Shown here one piece after another: positions 30,182-42,886 of a DNA stretch of 64,000 bases. Below the pieces are notes generated by a model. The model did not search any database. It was not told the origin of the DNA and saw only the letters and a program-made list of their open reading frames with translations. Source of the DNA: Octopus vulgaris (lineage: Eukaryota); assembly GCA_951406725.2 (NCBI GenBank), contig OX597824.1:9858001-9922000 (forward strand). The letters run 5' to 3'. The first letter of the stretch is position 1. Each line of letters begins with the position of its first letter. The position numbers and the translations under genes were made by a program.

Positions 30182-30433
30182 GTTATTATTGTTATTATTG
30201 TTATTATTGTTATTATTATTATTATTATTATTTTGTTGTTATTGTTATTATTATTATTATTGTTATTATTGTTATTATTATTATTGTTATTATTATTATT
30301 ATTGTTATTATTGTTATTATTATTGTTATTATTGTTATTATTATTATTATTGTTATTATTGTTATTATTATTGTTATTATTGTTATTATTGTTATTATTA
30401 TTACTATCATTGTTATTATTGTTATTATTATTA

Positions 30434-30465
<32 letters not shown>

Positions 30466-30544
30466 GTTATTATTATTATTGTTGTTTTTATTGTTATTAT
30501 TATTGTTATTATTATTATTGTTGTTATTATTATTGTTGTTATTA

Positions 30545-30576
<32 letters not shown>

Positions 30577-30638
30577 GTTATTATTGTTTATTATTATTAT
30601 TGTTATTATTATTATTATTATTATTGTTATTATTGTTG

Positions 30639-30679
<41 letters not shown>

Positions 30680-31123
30680 TAGCTTTATTGTTATTGATTA
30701 TTATTCACTACCGAGCGCACCTTATTATTGTTATTATGCTTGGTTTTATTATTATTATTGTTATTATTGTTATTATTGCGTATTATGTGTTATTATTATT
30801 ATTATTATTTTTGTTGTTATTGTTATTATTATTATTATTTGTAAGTTATTGTTATTATTATTATTATTTGTTGAATATTATTGTTATTATTGTTATTATT
30901 ATTGTTATTATTGTTATTATTATTATTATTGTTATTATTGTTATTATTATTGTTATTATTGTTATTATTGTTATTATTATTACTATCATTGTTATTATTG
31001 TTATTATTATTATTGTTATTATTATTATTATTATTGTTATTATTGTTATTATTATTATTGTTGTTTTTATTGTTATTATTATTGTTATTATTATTATTGT
31101 TGTTATTATTATTGTTGTTATTA

Positions 31124-31155
<32 letters not shown>

Positions 31156-31177
31156 GTTATTATTATTATTATTATTA

Positions 31178-31212
<35 letters not shown>

Positions 31213-31219
31213 GTTGTTG

Positions 31220-31255
<36 letters not shown>
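30005..31255. repeat. (TTA/TTG)n microsatellite of about 1.25 kb with internal duplication
   Basis: Directly visible. Confidence 0.95.
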
Positions 31256-31257
<2 letters not shown>

Positions 31258-31862
31258 TAGCTTTATTTTTATAGCGTGATTTCACTTCACTACCGAGCGC
31301 ACCTCTGTGTGCCTTGGGTATGTGCTCTGGTTTGCTGTGATGCTCTTATGGTTACTGTAGGGAAAGTGTTCTGCGTAGGATGTGTGCAGTGCCCAGTAGT
31401 GCAATTTTCTATATGTTATATATATTTGTAAGTCCTGGTGTTTTTCTTATGTATTTGTCTGAATATTATTTTATCATACCTAATGCGCCTACTATGATAG
31501 GAATTGTTTCTGTTTTTAGATTCCACATTCGAGTTACCTTTATTTCCAGGTCTTTGTATTTTGAAAGTTTCTCCATTTCTTTTAGAGAAACGTTGTCATC
31601 TGTTGGTATTGATACATCAATTAGAAAGCATTTTTTTTTCTTCATGATCTCTGACAACTATATCTGGCCTGTTGGCCTTAATTTCTCTATCTGTGTGTAT
31701 TGGCATATCCCAGAGTATGGTTGCTTTCTCATTTTCTGTGACCTTTCCTGGTGTGTGCCTATACCATCTTTTTTCTGTTGTTATTCCATAGTGTTGGCAT
31801 AGCTTCCAGTGTATGTAGGTCCCAACTCTGTCATGTCTGTGAATATATTCCTTCTTATCCAG
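31256..31862 (-). mobile_element. 5'-truncated R4/Dong non-LTR retrotransposon, REL endonuclease domain (frameshifted)
   Basis: RHDRVGTYIHWKLC...ILWDMPIHTDREIKANRPDIVV / CFLIDVSIP...KEMEKLSKYKDL...IPIIVGALG contains the RHD, RPD, D and KxxKY motifs; 3' end joins (TAA)n. Confidence 0.92.
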
Positions 31863-31864
31863 TA

Positions 31865-31924
<60 letters not shown>

Positions 31925-32002
31925 TATATATATACGCACACACATATATATTCTTTGTTATTATTATTATTATTATTATTATTGTTGTTGTTGTTGTTGT
32001 TG

Positions 32003-32043
<41 letters not shown>

Positions 32044-32235
32044 TAGGTCAGCGCTTATAAATCTCTCGGTCCTCCATATAACTTGCTAGTTCGCCAATAG
32101 TTTCTGCTTCTACACTTTTCTTTAGTATTTCCACGTTTGTTAGGCCGCCTTTTCCTTCAACGTCCATGTATGGCCACCCACGGGCTGGTTTGCTGGCCGA
32201 CTCGCTGGCTGGAATGCTGTATCGTGATATCATGG
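32044..32235 (-). mobile_element. RTE-like LINE 3' end fragment
   Basis: Decayed ...VEILKKSVEAETIGELASYMEDREIYKR* resembles the RTE ORF2 C-terminus (ELxxxMxDRxxWR); followed by (TAA)n. Confidence 0.55.
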
Positions 32236-32828
32236 TTACGATATTATGGAAGTAGTACTATAGCAATGACATAATGAAGGAGATACTGAAGAGCTGAAAT
32301 TGCTAAATTGCGAAGGACTTTGACAATCTCAATATCACGTGGGGTATTTATTTCATCGACCACAAACGAATAATAGACAAAATTGACATCGCTGGTATTT
32401 GTACATAGATTAGATAGCAACGAAACTAAATATCTTAGTCATTTATTTAATCCAACGTTCTGCTGTTTCCGCCATTTTCCCCGTCTTTTCATTCGCTCAA
32501 TATTAATAGTCCGCCTTCACATTTCCGTTTTGCTATAACCGACGCTTTGTCACATTAAGCTGAGATAAAGCTTTTGAAAAATCCTACAATCAAATAGGAT
32601 GTAAAAAGCTGTACGGTTTCAATGGTCAGTCAATTAATGAACTAACGGCAGACGTGAATACAGGAATCCAGTAATGGCTGCACAGATCGCGGTAAACAGC
32701 GGAAAAGAAGAAAGTTTCTTAATTGCTGTCTCGGTTCAAAGTGTTTCCATTAGAAATTGCCTGGTGAATATAAATGAAGACTGATGCAGTCGCCTATATG
32801 TCATCAAGTCTTGTAGAGATATCCCTCG

Positions 32829-32926
32829 GAAGAAGAAGAAGAAGAAGAAGAAGAAGAAGAAGAAGAAGAAGAAGAAGAAGAAGAAGAAGAAGAAGAAGAA
32901 GAAGAAGAAGAAGAAGAAGAAGAAGA
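32829..32926. repeat. (GAA)n microsatellite
   Basis: Directly visible. Confidence 0.97.
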
Positions 32927-33166
32927 AAAAAAAAAGCTACGTAAATTAAACGAAAACAAGAATTGCGATCGATCATGTTGTTGGTAGTTGTTAGGTTGTT
33001 TGATTGAGTTTCTCTGTTCAGCTTCTTCCCCCAACCCGTGTCATCGATAGAGATATGATGGAACGACGGAGAATGGAGAACGGAGAATGGAGCTGTAGTG
33101 CAACATGCAGCAAAGAATTAAAAAAATATGATAAAATAATATGTGTGAGTGTGTGTGTGTGTGTAT

Positions 33167-33198
<32 letters not shown>

Positions 33199-33240
33199 TA
33201 AGTGTGTACATGTATGTATGTGTATATATATATATTCGTG

Positions 33241-33296
<56 letters not shown>

Positions 33297-34530
33297 TGCA
33301 CTCACACATATATATAAATACACACATACATATATACGTACATATATATGTGTGTGTATATTATACGCTCATATATATATAGGTGCATGTATGCATACAT
33401 GTATATATATAGAGAGAGAGACAGAGAAATGTAAGCATATATATGTGTGTGCGTGTGTGTTTATGTGTGTCTGTTTGTGTGCGTTTGTGTGTGTGCGTTT
33501 GTGTGTGTATGTGTGTGTGTGTGTGTGATAAACAAAAAATAGAAAAAGAGACTATAACAACACGAAAAAAAAATACTCTTCGTTTTTTTTTTCCTTATCA
33601 GTCGCTTGAAATTGATTGAGAAAAAAATACAAACCTGAAAGAAAAGAAATATAACAGACGACAACAGAAGCGAATCTAACGAAAAATCAACAGAGAAACA
33701 AAAGGCAAAAACAAAAACAACAACACAAAACAAAGCTACGTAAAATGGACGGACTTAATAACTTTAGTATTTTAGTGTAATATTCCAGAGAAAAACAGAA
33801 GAAAAAACGAGCTATTAACGCCGACAAACTCGATACTTTTCTAGAAGAAATTAGAGGAAGAACACAGATTCAACTGAGACACACAAACACCATTAAATAA
33901 ATACACAATTAACTTCATTTATCAAATGAACGAATAAAAATTAAAAGAAACCGGAAAATATAACATACGATGATAAACACCGCAGACGAGCATATACAAA
34001 CACACACACACATACACACACACTTATATAGACACACACAAAGTGACATCTACTAACTGCATCTCCGTTCATATTTAAAAGTTCTTTGTTGAAGCTGTTG
34101 TTGTTGTTTAGCTTCCTGGCAAATTTGATCGAGCAGATATCTGTGATCAATGACTCTCCAGCACTGACTATCTCGTCTTTTTGTATATCAAAGACTACAT
34201 TAGCTAACGTATTGATTTTTTTTTTGTTTAAGACGGTAAGGTGAGAATCGAGAGAGATTTAGTTGTTATTTCTCGCAGGCCGAACGACTCATCGATGTTA
34301 CATCACAGCGTGATGTCGTTTAACCCCAGGATAGTTCTGTTTGAACTGAGTGATACTACGAAAGACGTCCCCACCGTGATCATCCTGTCATTTTTGTATA
34401 TTAGAGTCTACGTCTCCCGTTGCATTCGTCACAAATTTATTCATAAGGGACGATGCATGACCCGCAGACTTACCCTTCCAAATATACCATATCTCCGCCA
34501 AACTAGAAACCACTAACCACTTTTCCACAT

Positions 34531-34730
34531 AGGCACAGGCGTGGCTGTGTGGTAAGAAGGTTGCTTCCAAACCACATGCGTCTGGGTTCAGTCCCACTAC
34601 ACAGCACTTTGGACAAGTGTCTTCTATTATAGCCCCTGCCAGACCAAAACCTTTGTGAGCGGACTTGGCAGATGGAAACGGAAAGAAGCCCGTCGTATGT
34701 ATATATGTGTATGCGTGTGTGTGTGTGTGT
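34531..34730 (+). mobile_element. SINE family B 5' half
   Basis: Diverged head and CORE-like match. Confidence 0.8.
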
Positions 34731-35039
34731 CGCCATGATAGATCGTTAACCACTACACACATTTTTTTCTCTCCTTGTTTTTTCTGTGTCCCTTTCTGTA
34801 GAAGAGCGTAGGCTCGAAACATAAAAGACTTTTTCTATTCCTGAGCGTTATACTAATGCATCTGTTTGTTTTGTTCACCACCTGTCTTCGTCTTTTGTTT
34901 TTATCGTAAACTCTTCCTATATATATAGTTGAGATTCAGATGAATTAGGTACTTAAGTTGAGGAACCAAAAATTAGTGTGGTATCATTCGTACAATTTCA
35001 AAATAAGGCGAATAAAATCAAAATAAGCAACAGGATATC

Positions 35040-35185
35040 CAGAGGTGATGCAGTACGACCGTTTAAAGCGGCTCCATTTAACTGAACAATGCAAGCATTA
35101 CATCAGTTTAAATGCAGAGCATGTCCTCAGCTGCATTGTTCAATTAAACGCAGTCGCTTGAAACGGTCGTACTGCATCACCTCTG
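35040..35185. repeat. 54-bp inverted repeat with a 38-bp spacer
   Basis: CAGAGGTGATGCAGTACGACCGTTT...TGAACAATGCA (35040-35093) versus its reverse complement (35132-35185), about 5 mismatches. Confidence 0.9.
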
Positions 35186-35299
35186 TCGCTTATTTTGATA
35201 CATATATATATATATGTATATATAAACAGGAAAGGAGGAATTTCGATTATCCCCACGTGGTGAGTTGTAATATATATAAGAAATTAAAAAGGCAAAATA

Positions 35300-36990
35300 T
35301 ACACACTTTACATAGTTTTAATATATTTTTTTAATATATCGACCGGTTTTGCTTTCGCTATTCATGATATTATGGTTTACTTATTTGAATATGCATTTAC
35401 TTAAGTAGAAATTTTGTCTATGTTGTGTGTGACGATATTTACGAGTGAATGACTTCACAAGTAGTAAAATAAGGGGAGGTAATTGGTTATCGCTATTATT
35501 GTTATTGTTGTAGGCAAGGGAGGTAACTATTCAGTTTTCGGTAAAGGGAGAGGAATATATATATGTACAGACAAAAAACAGGTTTCGAAAAACTTGTTTA
35601 GTAATAGGGATTTATGTTCAGTGATGTAATCGTGAATTGAAATATAAAAGTTAATTATGCGTGCATATTAAGACGTGTTCTGTATTTTTCAGTGAAAAAA
35701 GTTTCTTGATTTAAACGTTCTTGTGGAGAGATTGTGTCTTTGCACTGGTAGAAGGGGAAGACTGTGGAATTTGGTTTGATATTATCTGCACATTTTTCTA
35801 TATGTTCACTGAGAGGAATTTGCCTGTATTGCGGAAACGGATTTGTTCATTATTTAGAGTGGTTTTCCTTCTCAAGGTCATAGTTGTCTGTCCAATATAG
35901 TTGTGTCCGCAACCCGAGCAGGTTATTACAGAAATTAGGTTCTCAGAGGCACAAGTGAAACTAGTTTTAATTGTGAACCTCTGTCCTTGTTTGAAAGGGA
36001 AATCTGAGCCTTCAAGTAAGTTGGGGCAGGTTTCACAGTTTGGGAGTCCACATTTTTTCACTGTTGGTTTCGTGGTTGTTTTGTAAAGCTTCGCATTTGT
36101 TGGCAGTCTCTTTAGCGATTTGTGTTGCTTTTTGCATTTTATGAGTTTGTGCGTTTTCAGGATGCCGTTCATTTTTGGATCTCTAATTCGTAAAGGAAGA
36201 TTTTGCACAATAGTGTTGAATGTCTCACTGTTTCTGGAGTTGTGTGTTGATATAAATAGTAATGTTTTGAGATGAGGTGTGGTGTTATGTTTTGTTGTTC
36301 TTAGTCTTTTTATGTCTAATTGTTTAGCACGTTTAATTCCCTCGTCTATATGTGAGGGTGGATATTTTATTTCAAGAAGCGTTGTTTTGAGGTCTTGAAG
36401 ACGAAGGTCCCGAGTTGTTCTATCAGACATTATTGTGCAAATCTTTTTGCCAAATTGAAAGGGATGTGTTTCGGGTGGCATGAGTTAAAGAGGAGATATT
36501 GTTTTGAATCAGTTGTTTTATAATAGATGTCAGTTATGATTTGATTGTTGACTTTTTTATCATGATGTCTAAAAATGGGAGCTGTTCTTTGTTATATTCC
36601 ATTGTGAATTGAATATTACTATTTATATCATTTAGTGTTGATTTGAAATCCAAAAGTGTGTCGATGTTCTCCTTCCAAATGATAAAACAGTCATCCAGCT
36701 ATCTTTTCCAATTTTCTCTTATGTAGAGATAAAATGGGTAACCATATTTCTGAAGTGATACTTCATATAAGGTGAATTCAAAATAATCCATTATTAGGTT
36801 TGCAAGAACAGGAACTGCTTTCGTCCCCATTGCAATTCCACATTTCTGACGATCATATGTGTCATCAAATAGGAAATAATTGTTCTGAAGTATAAATTTT
36901 AACGATTCAATAATAAAGATTTCATTTATGCGTTCTGGAAGTACTTCGAGGTACTTTTCCAACCAGAATTTAATTGCTTTTTCTTCCATA
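35300..36990 (-). mobile_element. Penelope-like retroelement, decayed RT plus GIY-YIG endonuclease and 3' pLTR
   Basis: GIAMGTKAVPVLANL, WKR*LDDCFIIW (YxDD with a stop), QLPFLDIM, then the KCGLPNCETC linker and FTCASENLISVITCSGCGHNYIGQT; several frameshifts and stops. Confidence 0.93.
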
Positions 36991-37122
36991 GTCATGGGGG
37001 ACGTTGGTGTAAAGATTGAAAAAAGTAACAAAGCTTTTAAAGTTTGGTAATTTTTAAACCAATTAGATAATAGGATTTGTAAGCTGGCATTTTCTGCGTG
37101 ATCTCTCTCTCTCTACTATCTA

Positions 37123-37183
<61 letters not shown>

Positions 37184-37188
<5 letters not shown>

Positions 37189-37306
37189 GGACTTCTTACT
37201 GTTAAGTGTCCCAGATGAACCAACTTCGCGACAGGAGATGCAGATGAGGCCAGCGACATCAAACTCCCTCATGCACCAAATGTCAATTCCTAAAAAGCAT
37301 TTGTGA
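37184..37306 (+). mobile_element. CR1/L2-like LINE 3' end fragment
   Basis: KVDFLLLSVPDEPTSRQEMQMRPATSNSLMHQ resembles the LDxFLxxVPDEP...SNSL ORF2 ending. Confidence 0.55.
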
Positions 37307-38424
37307 AGTAAAATTATGTAGCAACACACACACACAAAACCAAAGCAAGACATTACGATAGCGGAGTTTTAATAAACAAAATGAAAGCAAAACATTACGA
37401 CGACGGAAGTTTTAATAAGTTTTAATGAATAATGTCATGTGAAACGGTCGAGCGAACATGTAAGCAATTCAAAAGAGAAAAATCTTAGACGGAATTTTTC
37501 GCGAAAAATTACAAAAAAAAACTGCATTATACAGTTCATCTAAATAATTAATGAGTTTTCAAAATTATGAAAATGAGTTAATAAAAATTTCAAACAAAAT
37601 CAGTAGTGACAGCAGCAACCGAGAAGGTCCTTCGTTTCTGGAAAGTGCAGGTGAATATATTGAATATGAGACAACAAAGGTCACGAAAATAGACAGGAAC
37701 TCGTCGTCAAACAAGAAAAAAAAATACACGTGGTCGTGGTGGCGGTAGTATTGGTGGTTCGGATAACAGACTACAGCTTTACTTGTTTACTACAAACAGG
37801 CACCAATGTGTCTGTGATTTTTGATTGGCTAAAATTACCTAAAATTTGCGAATTTTAAAAGCTACTAAATTTTTTCTTTATTAATTTACGGCAAAAATGA
37901 ATTTCATTTCCATAATTAGCATACAGAACTAAATCGGTAAACCGAATTTGAAATAAATTAGAACAAAGTTTTTTTTAAAAATTAAAAAATAAAGCAACAG
38001 AAAAAATCTGCGGATTTTCATAATCCATAGAAATATTGGAAAATATCAAGAATACAGCTCCGAGAATTTAGATGAATCCGTAAGGTCAACGGAGAGGCTT
38101 CCTCGTTAGCAGTAACCAAACTCGTTATAAAATTCGCTCCAAATTCTGTCCCAGTAAAAATAGGTAACTCAAATAGGATAGGGAACGTTTCGTTTTGAGT
38201 TATTTTCCGGGAATCTTTCAACTTTCGTGTTTTTGAATCACATCTTATGCGTCATAATACTTTTAACCCAAAATGAAATCTTTCCGGCGTCTTCTCTCAG
38301 TCGTGATACGAAGACGGTATTTCATCGTCCCTTTCTCTTCCTTTCTCATTTCCAATCTTACTTCTCTCATTCAATCTCTCTCTCTCTTATGCGCTATCTC
38401 CATCCCTCTCTCTCCCCTTCTCTT

Positions 38425-38455
<31 letters not shown>

Positions 38456-38715
38456 TGCTATCTCCTCTCTCTCTCTCTCTCTCTCTCTGTTTTGTTCTCC
38501 CAACCATTTATATAAATCTATAGAAGACGACAGACAGAAAGCCAGCCAGCCAGTCAGACAGCCAGACAGACACCCAGCCAGACAGACAGACAGGCAGGCA
38601 GATAGACAGACAGAGAGACAGATAGACAGAGAGACAGATAGATGGATGGATGGATGGATGGGTGAGTGGGTGGGTGTGCTTTGGGGTGGATGGATAGTTT
38701 TCTGCCAACTGTTGT

Positions 38716-39168
38716 CTTCTTTCTTCTTCTTCCAACCAAGACTCATGCCATTAGCCACAAAGAATAATCTCTAATTCGAGCCTACTCTAAGCTACTAAGA
38801 ATGTGTGTGGCAACTTGAAGATCCACCCTCCACACGCGATAGACTGGTAGTTGCACGGGCGCGAAAGCTACGTTGTTATCCTCATTCTGTGAACGGTGGC
38901 TTTTAACGGGTGGAGAGCTGAACCATCCTGGAGTACAGAGGATTCGCAATGTAGACTAGGGTCTGAAAGTTTACCACACCATAGTGGGTTACACCACGGT
39001 TCCTCTTCCTTGTGGCAGAAGTAGTAAGAAAGAGTGAGAGAAAGTTGTGGTGAAAGAGTACAGCGGTGTTTTTGCCCAATAAACACTCACAATGCTCGGT
39101 TTGGAATCAAACCGCGTTCTTACGACCGCGAGTCCGCTGCCCTAACCACTGGGCCGTTACGCCTCCAC
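38716..39168 (-). mobile_element. SINE family C, long variant with (GAA)n tail
   Basis: tRNA-like head GTGGAGGCGTAACGGCCCAGTGGTTAGGGC; near-identical to 52868-53322. Confidence 0.88.
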
Positions 39169-39199
<31 letters not shown>

Positions 39200-39589
39200 C
39201 TTTTTGCCATTATCATTGATGCAGTTCTTATTGATGCTTCAGCTGCCAATTCCCCTATAAAATTCTCTCCACACTCCGCCCAAGAAGAAATAGCAATTCA
39301 GACGTTTCATCTTGAGTTATTTTCCCTGAATCTTTCAACTTCCATATTTCCAGGAAGGAATTTCAACCGTGTTTCGTGGTCTGCTACCACAACAGCTCCT
39401 TTATAGGATCCAGTTAGCTCAAGACATCATCAGGAGGAACCACATCCGGTTTCAGCCCCTACTCCTCAACCGTTTTGACGTGGCGGGGCCCCCCTTTCGG
39501 AGGTGTCTTCAGCTCTGGTGTTGGGTGCATTTCTTCTTCTTTCTTCTGTTCCCTGACCTCTTCGATGTATCGTCAGCGAGTGTCAGCGG

Positions 39590-39700
39590 GCGACTGACTG
39601 ACTTGTCAAATATTTTCCCTTTAAATACCTGCTGCTAGGCTCCAGCAGGCGGCCCAGCAAATTGTCACGTGACACTGTCTCAACTTCAACTGACCAATGA
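39590..39700 (-). promoter_or_regulatory. Candidate Pol II promoter (CCAAT, palindromic E-box, TATA, Inr)
   Basis: CCAAT 39694-39698, TGTCACGTGACA 39663-39674, minus-strand TATTTAAA 39620-39627, and TCAGTC about 28-32 nt downstream of the TATA. Confidence 0.45.
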
Positions 39701-40249
39701 AGGCACGTAGTCTTAGCCCACGCATTTTCTAAACGACCGTCACCCTTGACGGTTGTACACTTCTGCAGAGTAATGGTATTTTACTTGTTCATTTAGCGAT
39801 GACTGAAGCTTGGTTTTATTGCTTACAGGTTCTACTGTGACTACGACACCCAATGAGAAAAACTAAGTGGTACTAAATCTACTAAATTAACAGTTAAATC
39901 TTGACTACATCACATCATGCTGCGTTTTGTTAGGAAACGACATGGCGGATAATGTAGTCTTGTCGGCTCCTTAAAAGATAGGAGTCTTACAGCTGGAAGT
40001 CTTCTAATTTTACAATATTGCATTCATACGAAGATGAAGAAATTGCGGTTTTCATTTATCCGGGGAAATATTGGAAAATATTATATATTGAGAATGTGGT
40101 TGGGAAATTTGGATGGAATATTTCGAATACATCGTTTATGACGTTAGATTAGTTTAAACGGAATGAAATATTTCCAGGCGTCTTCTTCAGTCGCTTTCAT
40201 TTGCAGATACCAAAACGCTATTTCATTATCATTTTATCTCTCACTATTA

Positions 40250-40928
<679 letters not shown>

Positions 40929-41069
40929 CTAATTTTCTTTAGTTTGTAAATTATCCCTGAATATAACTGGTATGTACGAGAAAAGTAACCTTCAAAATGC
41001 TTGCAAGAAAGCTAAATCGCTTTTATTAGCACATCCAACTTTCGGAAAGACATATTACAAAATGTAGTC

Positions 41070-41321
41070 CAGTGATCCCCAAACTTTTCCGGGCTGCCAC
41101 CCACTTTGCACCCGGCCACATTTCTAGTACCCCCGCTCCCTCGCCACCACAAACACAGGCTACTTTCTGCAGCAAGTTCAAATAAAACTTAACCAAATTA
41201 AACACATTATTTTGTTGTATTTACATCTCTTGACCCCTTTTGGCCATCCCATTATCGCCCCCACTTTGCGTCAGCGCCCCTGAACCTTTACAATGGGTGC
41301 CGCCCACTTTGGGGACCACTG
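41070..41321. mobile_element. hAT-type MITE
   Basis: TIRs CAGTGATCCCCAAA / TTTGGGGACCACTG; flanks ATGTAGTC / AGTAGTC. Confidence 0.82.
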
Positions 41322-41335
41322 AGTAGTCCCTATAT

Positions 41336-41546
41336 CAGTGGTTCTCAACTGGAGTCCATGTGACCCCTGATGGTCCATATGAGATTTTTGAGGGTCCACG
41401 CAACAAAAGAGTAAATTGGGGATCCACAGCAGTATTTTAAGGTCCCCTGAAAAAATTTTGTTTTAGATAACGGCGGTGCATCAGCATGGCCGCAGCTCTG
41501 AGCTGAAACTTTAAAAGAAAAAAAATGTATTGCAAGAAACAGCTAG
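41336..41546. mobile_element. Partial hAT MITE of the 18000-18775 family in opposite orientation
   Basis: CAGTGGTTCTCAAC...GTAAATTGGG..TCCACAGCAGTATTTTAAGG is the reverse complement of 18650-18775. Confidence 0.75.
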
Positions 41547-41830
41547 AAGATCTTTTCACTTTGACCGGCAGATTTTAAAAATAATTTCTTTGTAACTAAA
41601 CACTTTTAAACTTCGTATACTGGTAGAATGTGTCACATGAAACATCTTTTTCTCTTGGCTTTCTTGAGAAAAATCTGTAGTTTGTAAGCTATTTGTTGTT
41701 AAATTTCTTGCATTTCGGCAATTTCAACCTATCAATGACGTCTATTGAGGTGAATACAATTACTGCTGTTATTTGTCAATAAGTTCAACAAGAACTTCCG
41801 GTGGTGTCTATTTCGTTTAAGAAACAGATT
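41547..41830 (+). mobile_element. Partial relative of the 49020-49440 TIR element
   Basis: Shares GATCTTTTC..TTTGA.CGGCAG and AACTTCGTATACTGGTAGAATGTGT. Confidence 0.75.
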
Positions 41831-41831
41831 T

Positions 41832-42175
41832 GGCCCAGGCCATGACTAACTTTATAGCACCACCTAGAAAAGACATTTAATAAAGTTTCATATTACAGTC
41901 ATTTTGGGGGCTTCTTAACCCCATTCTAATAAAGTGTTATTGCTCGGGTGTTGGTGGTTTGTCTTGAATTTGATGGAGGCATTCGTCCAGGAACCGTTTG
42001 AATGTTATGAGATCTTTTTCTCCGCTTATATCTTGGCATGATGTTAAAGAAAGCAGGTCCAGTTGAGGTGAAACTGTTCAGTCGTAGTGTTGTGATGTGA
42101 TGCGAGTATAATTTTTATAGAGGACGAATGGTACGGGGACCAAGCCGTGGAGGAATTTGAAAGCTGATGCCAACA
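41832..42175 (-). mobile_element. CR1/L2-like LINE 3' fragment
   Basis: Minus frame PRLGPRTIRP...TTLRLNSFTSTGPAFFNIMP resembles the SFxxxGPxLFNxLP motif. Confidence 0.6.
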
Positions 42176-42886
42176 TGACTATTATTCTTGGGATGTATCT
42201 CTGAGGTGCTTCAGTTTTTTTATAATACTGCTTTTGTTCATTTTACTGTGATTGGGGTTGCAGACGAGAAAGAGACGATAAAACATCTTCCCGTGTCTTG
42301 ATAGAGAAGTAGAGAAATTCCGTTTGGTGTCACAGTTTTAAAACGTCAAAGACGATATACCCCGAAGCAGTTTAAAATTTATGAAAATTAAAATATTCAG
42401 GGGAGGTATGTGATTGTGAAGCAATGAAGAAAATATCACATGGTCACGCGATCTGTTACAAGTAGCAGTCAAATGTCTCTTATGTCATTTCATACTGTGT
42501 TACATAAGGAAATTATATTGTTGATAATGTAGTTTTGTATCGCTACTAAAAGAATGGATTGTTACGGCAGGGGGTTTCCTGTTTTTACGATGTTCAGCTA
42601 AATCATTTCGAAGAAATTACAGCTTTTAGCAAATTATGTAAATATTGGAAACTATTCAGAATGTAGTTCCGGAATTTTGATGAATTCATAGACAACAAAG
42701 AAGCTTCCACGTCGGCACCAACCAATTTCATAATGAAATTCGTTCCAAATTTTGTCCCAGAAGACACGGTTACTCAAAGAGAGACAACGTAACATTTCCT
42801 TTCGAGTTACCGCCCCTGAATATTTTCATTTTCATACTTTTAAACCGCTTCGAACGAATATCGTCTATGACGTTTTAAAACTGTGA

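Noticed and set aside
37551-37748. 65-aa ORF MSFQNYENEL...
   Set aside because: No recognisable motif, AT-rich composition and no supporting neighbouring exons.
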